DNA of 64,000 nucleotides from Natronospirales bacterium (lineage in GTDB: Bacteria; Pseudomonadota; Gammaproteobacteria; Natronospirales; JAIVGZ01): assembly GCA_020201335.1 (NCBI GenBank), contig JAIVGZ010000005.1, positions 45,099 through 109,098 on the forward strand, read 5' to 3'. Of this stretch, positions 50,759 through 60,148 are shown piece after piece. A program made the translations under genes and the position numbers. Every line of letters starts with the position of its first letter. Position 1 is the stretch's first letter. Below the pieces are notes generated by a model. The model was not told the DNA's origin. It searched no databases and saw only the letters and a program-made list of their open reading frames with translations.

Positions 50759-51630
50759 CCGCGCACCAGCAGGTATTTCGCGAGCCCGCCGTGCAGGCGG
50801 CCAATCGCGCGGCACAGGTGCATCATCAGCACGATGCCCGCTAAGCCGATCGCGGACGCGAACCAGGCGAGCAGGGTGCCGGGCACGAAGACGCCGTCAA
50901 ACCAGTACATCTCCGCGCCCAGGTGCAACGCAAGCGGCGCGAGCAACAGACCCAGCGACACCGTGAACCCTGCGACGACCACGACGAAGTACAGTACGCC
51001 GAGCGGCAGCTGCACCACCATGTAGAGCAGCGTCGTCCAGGTACGGGCATCGGTGAACATCCGTCCGATGCGCGCCCATATACCATTGTCCCGGTTCCTG
51101 TAGGGCGGCCTGCGCGGCATGCGCACGCCGAGCATCACCTCGACGAGGCGGCCCTCAACCAGCGACAACACGCGTACGAACGCGAGGAACAGCAGGAAGA
51201 ACGGGATGCCGATAAGCGTGATCGCGAGCCCGAGAGACATAGAAAGCCCGGTGACGGCCACGGTGAAGTAGAACGTTCCGGTCACCAATGCGAACAGCAT
51301 GTACAGCGCAGCGGTGTACGCACGTGGGTCAGCAAACACGCCGAACACGGCGCCCAACACCGACGATGACGGCTGCCGGACCGGCGTGTGCAGCGCCATG
51401 GCAACGGTGTGCTCCGTTTGACGATATGCAGCGGCAACTTCGTCCGGCGCGCCGTAGCTCAGCACGATTTCCGCCAGCACCTGCTCGACCGGACGGTCCG
51501 GATGCTGTGCAAGCTCCGAGCGAAGATATTCCTCCGCGTCGTACGCGGCGTCCTGCACCAACGCAGGATCATCGTGGCGCATTGTGTCGCGCAATTGCGC
51601 GAGGTATTCGTCAACCGTACGGGGCGTCAT
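50755..51630 (-). CDS. HAAS + sensor-domain membrane protein
   Basis: EYLAQLR..DAEEYLR..YGAPDEVA, 4 TM; downstream of padR. Confidence 0.75.
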   Translation of the reverse strand: MTPRTVDEYLAQLRDTMRHDDPALVQDAAYDAEEYLRSELAQHPDRPVEQVLAEIVLSYGAPDEVAAAYRQTEHTVAMALHTPVRQPSSSVLGAVFGVFADPRAYTAALYMLFALVTGTFYFTVAVTGLSMSLGLAITLIGIPFFLLFLAFVRVLSLVEGRLVEVMLGVRMPRRPPYRNRDNGIWARIGRMFTDARTWTTLLYMVVQLPLGVLYFVVVVAGFTVSLGLLLAPLALHLGAEMYWFDGVFVPGTLLAWFASAIGLAGIVLMMHLCRAIGRLHGGLAKYLLVRG

Positions 51631-51640
51631 CACCAACTCC

Positions 51641-51994
51641 TCATGTCAGTAGCGCATCGACGAGGTCGCGGGTGGTGTCCCACGCCCGCCGCCAAGCGGC
51701 CAGTACTTCACGGCCGCGCGGGGTAATCCGGTAGTAGCGGCGTGGCGGTCCGGTGATTGACGGCTCCACTTCGCTCTCCAGCAGGCCGGCCGCCGCCATG
51801 TTGCGCAACACCGGATACAAGGTCCCCTGCTTGAACATGCCGCTGCCGTCTTCGACCGCCTCCAGCTGCTTGGCAATCTGGTAGCCGTACATCGGCTCTG
51901 CCGCGTGCCCCAGGATTGCGAGCAGGACGAGCGACACCGTGCCGGCGTTCAACTCCCGCTGGAATTTGCGAACTAGCTGTGGGTCATCGCTCAT
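51641..51994 (-). CDS. PadR family regulator
   Basis: MYGYQI, QGTLYPVLR, GPPRRYYRIT. Confidence 0.92.
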   Translation of the reverse strand: MSDDPQLVRKFQRELNAGTVSLVLLAILGHAAEPMYGYQIAKQLEAVEDGSGMFKQGTLYPVLRNMAAAGLLESEVEPSITGPPRRYYRITPRGREVLAAWRRAWDTTRDLVDALLT

Positions 51995-52117
51995 TGGCCA
52001 GTAGTTAATACTATTAAGTAAACACTAGCAAGCCCCAAGGCTTAAACCCTTGAAAGATCTCGAACATCTACAGGGTGAGAAATATTTTCTCACCAGGGCT
52101 TGCAATTATTAGTTTCG

Positions 52118-52139
52118 GTGTTATAGTCAACTACAACAC
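52118..52139. promoter_or_regulatory. imperfect palindrome over a -10 element, candidate PadR operator
   Basis: GTGTTATAGT-CA-ACTACAACAC (9/10 match), overlapping TATAGT; TTGCAA 16 bp upstream. Confidence 0.5.
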
Positions 52140-52180
52140 TAACCGAGCACGACAGTTCGGACCGGCGAAGGAGAAAGACC

Positions 52181-52591
52181 ATGAACACGAAGACTCAGAC
52201 CAACCAGACCTTGAAGCAGATTATGTGGGCCTCCGCCCTCGTACTGTTGGCGGGCTTTGCCGCCGGCACCGCGACCGCCTCCGAGCCCACCCCGGCGATA
52301 CAGGCGCAGGGACAGACGGCAATCGCAGCAATCCAGGCCGAACTGCGTGCGAGCCTGCCTAGAGCCGGACGCAGCGTCGAGACCAGCGACGATGTGGCCG
52401 ATGCCAGAGCCGCAGTGCGGTCGGCGATTGTCCGGCAGCGTGACCACGCGCTGCGCACGATTGCCTGGGAAAACGAAGCACAGCTGCACATCCACAGCCG
52501 CGTTGCCGCAGACGCGCGCCCAAGCCGCGGCGAACTGGTCACAGTCAGCGCACCGATGTACTTCGGGGCAATCGACGCCGACGGTACCTGA
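52181..52591 (+). CDS. hypothetical exported protein
   Basis: AAGGAG RBS, signal peptide, two similar Ala-rich helices, own terminator. Confidence 0.7.
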   Translation: MNTKTQTNQTLKQIMWASALVLLAGFAAGTATASEPTPAIQAQGQTAIAAIQAELRASLPRAGRSVETSDDVADARAAVRSAIVRQRDHALRTIAWENEAQLHIHSRVAADARPSRGELVTVSAPMYFGAIDADGT

Positions 52592-52619
52592 CCGAACACA
52601 CATCGCCGGTCTCTCCCTG

Positions 52620-52646
52620 GACGCCGCCCTGCGGCGTCTTTTTTTT
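52620..52646 (+). terminator. intrinsic terminator
   Basis: GACGCCGC-CCT-GCGGCGTC followed by T8. Confidence 0.88.
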
Positions 52647-52652
52647 GCCAGC

Positions 52653-53978
52653 CTATTTCGCGGCGGCTTCCTCGCGCCGCATCCGGCGCGACGCGTTGAG
52701 GAAGCCGAAGCACGCCGCGATATTCAACGCGAGCGGAACGACCATCATCCACGGACCATTGCCGGGTGATGCCATTTCGACCAGCTGGTATAGCGCCACG
52801 CCGGCGAGTGGCATGAATAATCCGCGCATACCGGTGAGCGTCATGTGCACGCTCATGTACTGTGCCGCGCGTTCCGGCGGCGCGAAATCATGGTGGCCGA
52901 TGTTCCAGCCGAGCATCCCGCCGGCCTGCGAGACGCCGTACAGCACCGCCGCCACCCAGAGCATCGCGTGCCACTGCGTCGTCACTGCGATCAGGACCGC
53001 GATGATCATCACGGTCGCCGCCCATGACTGTTTCGCGCGGTAGTGAATTACATGGCGCGTGTCGAGCATGCGCGCCCATATAGGGATAGCGAACGGCATG
53101 ACCAGCAGCGGTATCGAACTCGTGATTATGATCTGCTGCAGCTGCGACAGGTCCATGTGCTCGTTCAGGATGACGATAAGCGGCGCCATCAGCATCAGGT
53201 TGCCGCCGCCAAGCAGGAACATCAGCGACATGTAGCGGCGAAAGGTATCGTCGCGCCGCAGCAGCTTGAATAGTCGGAACGGGTTGCTCATTGACCCCTC
53301 GCGCCGCAGGTTACCGGCCTCGGCCGCGAGCAGGCGTTTCTGGTGTCGCATGCGCATCCGCCTATAACTGTAGGCACCGGTGAGCCCGACGAGCGCGAGC
53401 ACCGGGTAAACGTAGCGGAACGCCTCTCCATGCCAATCCATGGCGATGCCGACGCCGATGCCGACGCCGCCCATCAGCAAGGCGCCCATCGTGATCAGCC
53501 GACCCGACATGCTGGCGAGCATCTCGCGCGGGTAATTCGCACGCCACACCGAGCTGCGGATTGTCGTGACGCCCGACCAGAAGAAGCGGGCGAGGATTGC
53601 GCCGCCGACCATCAGCGCGAGCCCCGGCGAGTTGATTGGAGCGGCTGCAATCAGCAACAGGCTCAGGCAGCACAGCGACTGGACGATAATCAGGAAGCGG
53701 ATCTTGTCGCATCCCTGGGAGACCCCGGCCCATACCCAACTCAGCACGTGTGACAGCGCAGGCGCGCCGGCGACAAGTGCGACCGCAAAGTTCAGCAGCA
53801 CCGGGTCGACCGCGCCGGCGAACGCGTTCTTCACAATCACGCCCGTGATGCCGCCTTCTACGCCTCCGAGCGCGACGGCGAGCAGAGTCCACGAGCGGAG
53901 TTCGCGCGGGTAGGTGCCGCGGACCATGTAGGGCATCGTCGACCGTGCCGGTCGGAGGGTTCTGAACCACGAAGGCAT
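52653..53978 (-). CDS. MFS-like transporter
   Basis: About 12 TM in two halves, WARMLD, LTGMRG. Confidence 0.75.
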   Translation of the reverse strand: MPSWFRTLRPARSTMPYMVRGTYPRELRSWTLLAVALGGVEGGITGVIVKNAFAGAVDPVLLNFAVALVAGAPALSHVLSWVWAGVSQGCDKIRFLIIVQSLCCLSLLLIAAAPINSPGLALMVGGAILARFFWSGVTTIRSSVWRANYPREMLASMSGRLITMGALLMGGVGIGVGIAMDWHGEAFRYVYPVLALVGLTGAYSYRRMRMRHQKRLLAAEAGNLRREGSMSNPFRLFKLLRRDDTFRRYMSLMFLLGGGNLMLMAPLIVILNEHMDLSQLQQIIITSSIPLLVMPFAIPIWARMLDTRHVIHYRAKQSWAATVMIIAVLIAVTTQWHAMLWVAAVLYGVSQAGGMLGWNIGHHDFAPPERAAQYMSVHMTLTGMRGLFMPLAGVALYQLVEMASPGNGPWMMVVPLALNIAACFGFLNASRRMRREEAAAK

Positions 53979-54051
53979 TGCGCCATTCTAGCCGCGTGCG
54001 CCGCGCACCGCCTGAGGCGAATCCACGGGCTTACGCGCTACAATCCCGCAC

Positions 54052-54618
54052 ATGAACCCTGAGAAACTACACTTCGTCAACAGCAACTCGATGCTGCCGC
54101 CGTTTCCCGCCGGAATGCAGCAGGCGCTGTTCGGGCTCGGCTGCTTCTGGGGGGTCGAACGCAAGTTCTGGCAGCTACCGGGCGTGTGGACAACCGCCGC
54201 GGGCTATGCCGGTGGGCACAAATCGAACCCAAGCTACGAGGAAGTTTGCACCGGCCGCACCGGTCACGCCGAGGTCGTGCTCGTCGTGTTCGACCCGAAG
54301 GTCATCGATTATCGCGGTCTCCTCAAAGTGTTCTGGGAGGCGCACGACCCGACGCAGGGCATGCGGCAGGGCGGCGACATCGGCACTCAGTACCGCTCGG
54401 CAATCTACTGGCAAACGCCGGAACAGCAGCAGGCCGCCGAGGCGTCACGCGCGACATACGATGCGGCGCTGCGGGCGGCCGGTCACGGGCCGGTCACGAC
54501 CGAGGTTCGCGAGGCGCCGGCTTTTTACTACGCCGAGGATTTTCACCAGCAGTACCTCGCGAAGAACCCCGCCGGCTACTGCGGTATCGGCGGCACCGGC
54601 GTGACCTGCGCCATCTGA
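54052..54618 (+). CDS. msrA: peptide methionine sulfoxide reductase A
   Basis: [35 protein letters not shown]. Confidence 0.96.
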   Translation: MNPEKLHFVNSNSMLPPFPAGMQQALFGLGCFWGVERKFWQLPGVWTTAAGYAGGHKSNPSYEEVCTGRTGHAEVVLVVFDPKVIDYRGLLKVFWEAHDPTQGMRQGGDIGTQYRSAIYWQTPEQQQAAEASRATYDAALRAAGHGPVTTEVREAPAFYYAEDFHQQYLAKNPAGYCGIGGTGVTCAI

Positions 54619-54628
54619 GGCGTTCGCC

Positions 54629-54931
54629 ATGAGCGCGATTCGAGTCGTCTTGGTAGAGAATCCGTCGTTGGAGCGCGGCACGCTGGCGGCGTTGCTAGAG
54701 CGGGAGCCGGGCCTCGAGGTCGTCGCGCATGTGACCGACGGGCGCGCAGCGCTCGCGGCGCTGGTCGCGCACGCTCCGGATGTGCTGCTCACGGACGCAG
54801 AGCTGCCCAACATGACCGGGTTTGAACTCGCGGCCGTCGTGCAGCTCAACCACCCGGACATCAAGGTCGTGATGCTGAAGGACACGCTGGTGGCCGATCT
54901 CGCTGACGCGATTCGTACGATTGCACGGTGA
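54629..54931 (+). pseudogene. degenerate DesR/NarL-like receiver domain without HTH
   Basis: IRVVLVE..PDVLLTD.ELP.MTG; VVML joins directly to KD..LADAIR; no output domain. Confidence 0.55.
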
Positions 54932-56978
54932 GGTCGATGACCCGGTCGGCGCACGACAGCGTTTGCGGTCGGTGCGAGACAAGCACGCGGGTGATGCGCA
55001 TGCGCGCAAGCGCGGCGTGGATGCGCCGTTCAGTGTCGGCATCGAGGTGGCTGGTCGCTTCGTCGAGAAGCAGGATGCGCGGGCGCGCGTACAGCGCGCG
55101 CGCCAGCAGCACGCGCTGGCGCTGTCCGCCGGACAGCGCGCTGCCCATGTCACCGACGAGTGTGCGATAGCCCATCGTCATTGCGGCGATGTCGGCGTGT
55201 ATAGCCGCCAGCTTTGCACAGGCCTGCATACGCACCTCATCGGGCTCAGGATCGAACAATGCGATGTTGTCGGCGACCGAGCCGGCGAGCAGCACGTCAT
55301 CCTGCATCACCGCGGCGGATTGCTTGCGAATAGCTGCAGGAGTGCGCCGCAGGTCCACGCCATCCACGCACACCGAGCCGGCGGTTGGCTGCAGCAAGCC
55401 CATCATCAGCTTGATCAGCGTTGTCTTCCCGAACCCCGACGGCGCGACGAGCGCAACGCATTCGCCGGCGCGTATGTTGAGGGACAGGCCCGAAATGACC
55501 AGTGGCTCCGTGTCGGCATAGCGGAACCGCAGGTCCTCGACCGACACGGCACCGGCCACGCGCCGCACGGGGGCACCACCATCTGCGCAGCCCGGGTCGC
55601 GCGGCGACAACGCGATGTCGGCGATACGATCAAGGTGGACGCGCACGAGCCGGTACGACACTGCATGGTCGATGAGCGCGCCAGCGCGGACTGTGAACTG
55701 GCTTTTGTACGCGAGGAACGCGACCAGCATTCCAACTGTGAGCGAGCCGTCAATGACGGCCACCGCGCCGACCCACAGCACGATGACGTTCTCCGACGCG
55801 AATATCGCGGTATTTGCGAGCGACTGACCAAGTTCGATACGGCGGACACCGACTTCGGCGTCAATCGCCGCGGCCTTGCGGTTTTGCCACGCGGCGTCGC
55901 GCAATGCCTCACGCGCGAAAGACTTCAGCGGCAGGATTGCCCTTAGAGATTCCATGAACATCGAGTTCTCGCGCGCCCCCAGCAGCAACGCGGCCCGGGT
56001 GGCATCGCGAAGCGCGTGGTAAGCGAACAGGCGCACGGTCGCATACGCGAGCAGCGCGGCGACGACCACAGCTGTCAGTTCCCAGCCGTAGAGCAGCATC
56101 ACCGCGAGCACGGCCACTGCCATCATCCCGTCGACCAGCGCCTCAACCGCTGTGTGCGCGACCAGCGCCTCGACGGCCTTAATCGAGTTGAAGCGGGAAA
56201 CGACGTCGCCGACATGACGGCGCTCGAACCAGGCGAGCGGCAGCCGTAGCAGGTGGTGGAACAAGCGCGCCGCCCAGCCGAACTGCAGCGCCGCGCCAAA
56301 TTCGATGATCAGGCGACCGCGGATGCCAGCGATGCAGACCTGTATCCCGGTGAGCAACAGGAACGCGATGCCGAGCACCGTCAGCAGGTCGCGGTCGCCG
56401 GTCACGACCACTTCGTCGATGACTACCTGGCCGAACAGAGGTGCTGCGAGTACGAACACCTGCAGCGCAATCGACAGCGCGAACAACCGTGACAACGCAC
56501 TGCCGATGCCATCGGCGCGGCGGAAAAACGCGCCTAGGGGTAGCGGCGCGGCGTCGCGCCGCCGTTCGAACGCCTCAGTTGGCGTCAGTTCAAGCGCTAC
56601 GCCGGTGAAGCGCGCTGAGACCTCGTCGGGCGAGAGTTCTGAGCGTCCGACAGCCGGGTCCACAATGCGCACGCCGCGCCGGCCGACGCGTTCGAGTACG
56701 ACGAAATGGTCAAGGTTCCAATGCAGGATCGCCGGGAGGCGAAGTTTCCCGAGCTCTTCCAGGTCAGCGCGCAGCGCCCTGGCACCCAGTCCGAGCGCAC
56801 TCGCCATCGCAATCAACTGCCCGAGCGTCGCGCCTTTGAGAGACAGCGCCCAGCGCCGCCGCAGGCTGCCTAGGTCCGTTTCGTAGCCGTGGTGCGCGGC
56901 GACCATCGCGACGCAGGCGAGGCCGCACTCCGCGGCCTCCGATTGCAGAAGGACCGGAACCCGTATGGATTTTTTCAC
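54861..56978 (-). CDS. C39 peptidase-containing ABC exporter (CvaB-like)
   Basis: QSEAAECGLAC, HW..HFVV, APSGFGKTT, LSGGQRQR, LLDEATSHLD. Confidence 0.93.
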   Translation of the reverse strand: MKKSIRVPVLLQSEAAECGLACVAMVAAHHGYETDLGSLRRRWALSLKGATLGQLIAMASALGLGARALRADLEELGKLRLPAILHWNLDHFVVLERVGRRGVRIVDPAVGRSELSPDEVSARFTGVALELTPTEAFERRRDAAPLPLGAFFRRADGIGSALSRLFALSIALQVFVLAAPLFGQVVIDEVVVTGDRDLLTVLGIAFLLLTGIQVCIAGIRGRLIIEFGAALQFGWAARLFHHLLRLPLAWFERRHVGDVVSRFNSIKAVEALVAHTAVEALVDGMMAVAVLAVMLLYGWELTAVVVAALLAYATVRLFAYHALRDATRAALLLGARENSMFMESLRAILPLKSFAREALRDAAWQNRKAAAIDAEVGVRRIELGQSLANTAIFASENVIVLWVGAVAVIDGSLTVGMLVAFLAYKSQFTVRAGALIDHAVSYRLVRVHLDRIADIALSPRDPGCADGGAPVRRVAGAVSVEDLRFRYADTEPLVISGLSLNIRAGECVALVAPSGFGKTTLIKLMMGLLQPTAGSVCVDGVDLRRTPAAIRKQSAAVMQDDVLLAGSVADNIALFDPEPDEVRMQACAKLAAIHADIAAMTMGYRTLVGDMGSALSGGQRQRVLLARALYARPRILLLDEATSHLDADTERRIHAALARMRITRVLVSHRPQTLSCADRVIDLTVQSYESRQRDRPPACPSASRP

Positions 56979-58216
56979 CGCGCAGCTGCTGCGAGCACGG
57001 GGTCCAGCAGCCACTCGATGATGCGCCTGCGGTCGCGTATGACATCCGCCTGTAGCGTCAGGCCCGGGCGCAGGGGTAGCTCACCATCGCGCATCGGAAC
57101 GACCTGGCGGTCAAGGGCGACGACCACTCGGTACGCAGGCTCGGGTAGCCGAACCGCGCCACGCTGTTCGTCAGGGTTCAGCGCGACGCGCGCAACCGCG
57201 CGTACGACCGCCGGCTGCAAACCGAACCGCTGGTACGGATACGCGTCGTAGCGGACCTGCACCTGTTGTCCGGGCGTAACGAAGCCGGCCGCGCGTGCCG
57301 GCAGCATCAATTCCGCGTGCAATGGGCTGCCGTCGGGGACCAGCGCGAGCGCCGCGCTCCCAGCGGCCACGGCCGCACCAATGTGAAGGCGCAAGGCTGC
57401 AACCTGTCCGTCGGTGGGTGCGCGGATGGTGCGTGACCACTCCGCGTCGGCGGTTGCGATTGCGCGGTCGAGCGTCAGCAGCCTCGCTCCGAGTTCCGCG
57501 ATACGCACGTCGGCACGGGCCGGCAACATCGTTAACTGCTCCGCCGATTCAGCTGCTTCATGCCCGTAACGCGTACGCTCGCGCCGGGTGGACAGCAGCG
57601 CGGCTCGAGCATCCAGCAAGTCGGCCAGCTTCAAATCGAGAAGGTTCGCCGCCACATGGCCGCGTGCTGCAAGCGATTCGAGCCGTTCCAGTTCAGCGAC
57701 GAGAAGGTCGGTGCGCCGCGCCGCGATCTGCTCCTGCGTTGCGAGCGAAACCGCTTGGTCGTTGGCGAGCGCCATCCTCCGTTCGAGTTCCGCGCGTTCC
57801 GCATCACGCAGGCGCGCCTCTGCATCCGCCTGAGCGACTAAGGTCGCCCGCTCCGCGAGCAGAAGGTCGAGTTGCGCTGCACGCGCATCAATGCCGGAGC
57901 CCGAATCTGCTGGCGCTACGATGGTAAACAGCGGTGCGCCGCGCAGCACCGTATCGCCGTCTGCGACCGCCATATGGGAAATGACGCCTGAAGTGGGCGC
58001 AACGACGGCGACGAGCCCTGCATCCGGCACCAGCGCGCCGTGCAGCCGCTCTTTGCGGGCGTAGCTGCCGGCGCACGCGATGGCGATTACCCCAAGCGCC
58101 AGAAGCAGCGCGGTGACGGACAGAAGCGTGCTGCGCGCACCGCCGCGTATGACCACGCCGTCGAACAGCGCGGACGCGCGCTGCGCCACTACCTCCTTTC
58201 GGAACAGGTCAGCCAT
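56975..58216 (-). CDS. HlyD/CvaA-like secretion adaptor
   Basis: LFRKEV start, TM, coiled coil, IRAP.DG, YDAYPYQRFG, IEWLLDP. Confidence 0.9.
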   Translation of the reverse strand: MADLFRKEVVAQRASALFDGVVIRGGARSTLLSVTALLLALGVIAIACAGSYARKERLHGALVPDAGLVAVVAPTSGVISHMAVADGDTVLRGAPLFTIVAPADSGSGIDARAAQLDLLLAERATLVAQADAEARLRDAERAELERRMALANDQAVSLATQEQIAARRTDLLVAELERLESLAARGHVAANLLDLKLADLLDARAALLSTRRERTRYGHEAAESAEQLTMLPARADVRIAELGARLLTLDRAIATADAEWSRTIRAPTDGQVAALRLHIGAAVAAGSAALALVPDGSPLHAELMLPARAAGFVTPGQQVQVRYDAYPYQRFGLQPAVVRAVARVALNPDEQRGAVRLPEPAYRVVVALDRQVVPMRDGELPLRPGLTLQADVIRDRRRIIEWLLDPVLAAAAR

Positions 58217-58232
58217 CCTTGGCGACTCGTGG

Positions 58233-58466
58233 CTATTTACGGCGACGAAATGAAGCGCCTTTCCAGTGGCCGTCTTCTGTGATGTTTTCGTGCACCCAGT
58301 AGCGTAGAAGTACGCCGACCGTCGCGACGACCACCGAATAAATGGATATGGAAAACGCATTCAACTGCCGAGCACCCGACGGTAGGTCGAGCAGTGCTAG
58401 CCCGGCGACTGTGACTGCAAATACTACGACCGCTGCCACCCATGCGGCTTCCTGAGAACGGGTCAT
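58233..58466 (-). CDS. putative bacteriocin immunity protein (77 aa, 2 TM)
   Basis: GGAGG RBS, two hydrophobic helices, basic tail; between precursor and exporter. Confidence 0.6.
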   Translation of the reverse strand: MTRSQEAAWVAAVVVFAVTVAGLALLDLPSGARQLNAFSISIYSVVVATVGVLLRYWVHENITEDGHWKGASFRRRK

Positions 58467-58484
58467 TTGCACCTCCAATCATTC

Positions 58485-58517
58485 GCCGGGCACGGCAATT
58501 TCGATGCCGTGCCCGGC
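58485..58517. other. 13-bp perfect hairpin between precursor and immunity genes
   Basis: GCCGGGCACGGCA-N7-TGCCGTGCCCGGC with no U tract. Confidence 0.75.
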
Positions 58518-58523
58518 ATTCCA

Positions 58524-58751
58524 TCAACTGAGGAACGTGTTGTAGATCCAGTTTCCTGTGACCGTGCCAACGCCCCATGCGAAACCCAAGGCCGCGCCGG
58601 CAGCGCCGCCGCGGCTGGCACCCGCCATCGTGTTGGTCATCAGCGTGCCATAGGCAGAACCAGCGCCGGTCCCGATGGCTATGCTGCTTACGAAGCTTTC
58701 GGTTGAGCCGCCACCGACCAGGCTCAACTCGATACTCGAGAGTTCTCTCAT
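58524..58751 (-). CDS. double-glycine-leader bacteriocin/microcin precursor (75 aa)
   Basis: Leader MRELSSIELSLVGGG resembles the colicin V leader; Gly/Ala-rich core; GGAGG RBS. Confidence 0.85.
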   Translation of the reverse strand: MRELSSIELSLVGGGSTESFVSSIAIGTGAGSAYGTLMTNTMAGASRGGAAGAALGFAWGVGTVTGNWIYNTFLS

Positions 58752-58842
58752 AACGGTTCCCTCCGTTGTCTCATCCATGAGTGATTGACTACACCTACAA
58801 GGTAGGTGCGACGGCAGGTCCCATCAAGACATGTGTGTCCCT

Positions 58843-59385
58843 TTAGCGGGCTTCTGATTCAGCGAGGGCTTTCAGATTTACGAGTCCGCGCTCGTAGTCC
58901 GGTCCGACCATCGAGTCGAAGAACAGGCCGACCCAGCGGTGGACCGGGTGGTAGCCGAAGTCGGTGACGAGTGTCCAGGTCACGACCGTGCGGCCGGCGC
59001 CGTCGGGTACGAGCGTGAACTCGGCTCGCGCCGGCGGGAATTCCTCGAAGGTGAATTCGACCAGCACGCGGCGGTCGGGATCGTTCGCGATGATCTGCTG
59101 GCGGCCCGTGCCGACGGACGGGTCGGTACTCGCCCAGGTCATTTCCGCACCGACGCCCTCAGTCGGTCCGCTGAGACGGATCCGCTGTTCGGGGTCGAGG
59201 TGCTGCCAAGGCGACCACTGGGAGAAACGCTCGAACGAATTAACGAGCACGTAAACATCAGAGGCGGTTGCTTCGATTGTGGTTACGCGCGCGACGGTGA
59301 CGGTGCGCGGCAGCAGCAGGCCGACAATCACGAACAGGATGATGAGTGTGGCGACGCCACCGACGGCGAACTTCACGAGACGCAT
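58843..59385 (-). CDS. SRPBCC family protein
   Basis: N-terminal TM, WSPW..DP, GVGA..W, VGPDYERGL.NLK. Confidence 0.85.
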   Translation of the reverse strand: MRLVKFAVGGVATLIILFVIVGLLLPRTVTVARVTTIEATASDVYVLVNSFERFSQWSPWQHLDPEQRIRLSGPTEGVGAEMTWASTDPSVGTGRQQIIANDPDRRVLVEFTFEEFPPARAEFTLVPDGAGRTVVTWTLVTDFGYHPVHRWVGLFFDSMVGPDYERGLVNLKALAESEAR

Positions 59386-59518
59386 GCAATGACCTTAATG
59401 AGTTTGCAGCGTGGGAACCATCCATTCTATAGGCAAAATTGGAGAAATACAGCGGCTTGTCGCCGGACCCCACACGGTCTAGTTTGGAACCGTAAGCACG
59501 GGGGAAGGAGGCAGGATC

Positions 59519-60148
59519 ATGGACGCAGACCGGCGCGTGCAGTCGGTACAAAGTTTGAACGAGTGGTTTCGGGAATCAATCACCACCTCGGCGCGGAAGC
59601 AGGGCGTTGCGATGGAGCCCGCGACCGAACACTACATGGTCACCTTGCTTACGGCCTACGCCCGGGCCGAGAACTTTTATGAACCCATCGGTGATGGCGA
59701 TGCTCGCGGGCTGAAACCGCTTGCGCTGATGCTCGTGGACGCGGTCGATACGCCGAGCCGGGTGATGCGACACATCGCGTTGCAGCGGATCGGCGATGTT
59801 TCGTTGTTCGTATCAGGCTTCTTTCAGGACAGCCTCGCGCGCAAATCGGTCGATGTCGACTACTACGCGCGCATGGGCGGCAGCGCGTACGACACGCTGT
59901 CCGGTATGCTGCCGCGCAGCACGCGCGACCATGCGTTGCACCTGGTGTTCCGCGAGCTCTCCGAGAAGTTTCTGCAATGCGTCGAGCTGATTGCCGACAT
60001 CGCGCAACAGACGCGCGTGTTCGACGAGAGCGACACGCTTCGGTTGTACGACCTGTACCTGAAGACGGGCAGCAAACGCGCGCGGCGCGCGCTGCAGTCT
60101 ATGGGCATCGCGGCGAGCTTCAATGCAAGCAGCCGGACCGCGCACTGA
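59519..60148 (+). CDS. conserved hypothetical protein
   Basis: AGGAGG RBS, 209 aa, IGDVSLFVSGFF..VDVDYYARMGGSAY. Confidence 0.72.
   Translation: MDADRRVQSVQSLNEWFRESITTSARKQGVAMEPATEHYMVTLLTAYARAENFYEPIGDGDARGLKPLALMLVDAVDTPSRVMRHIALQRIGDVSLFVSGFFQDSLARKSVDVDYYARMGGSAYDTLSGMLPRSTRDHALHLVFRELSEKFLQCVELIADIAQQTRVFDESDTLRLYDLYLKTGSKRARRALQSMGIAASFNASSRTAH

Noticed and set aside
59478-59500. sigma54 promoter TGGAAC..GC upstream of the hypothetical pair
   Set aside because: GG-to-GC spacing is 8 nt rather than the required 10
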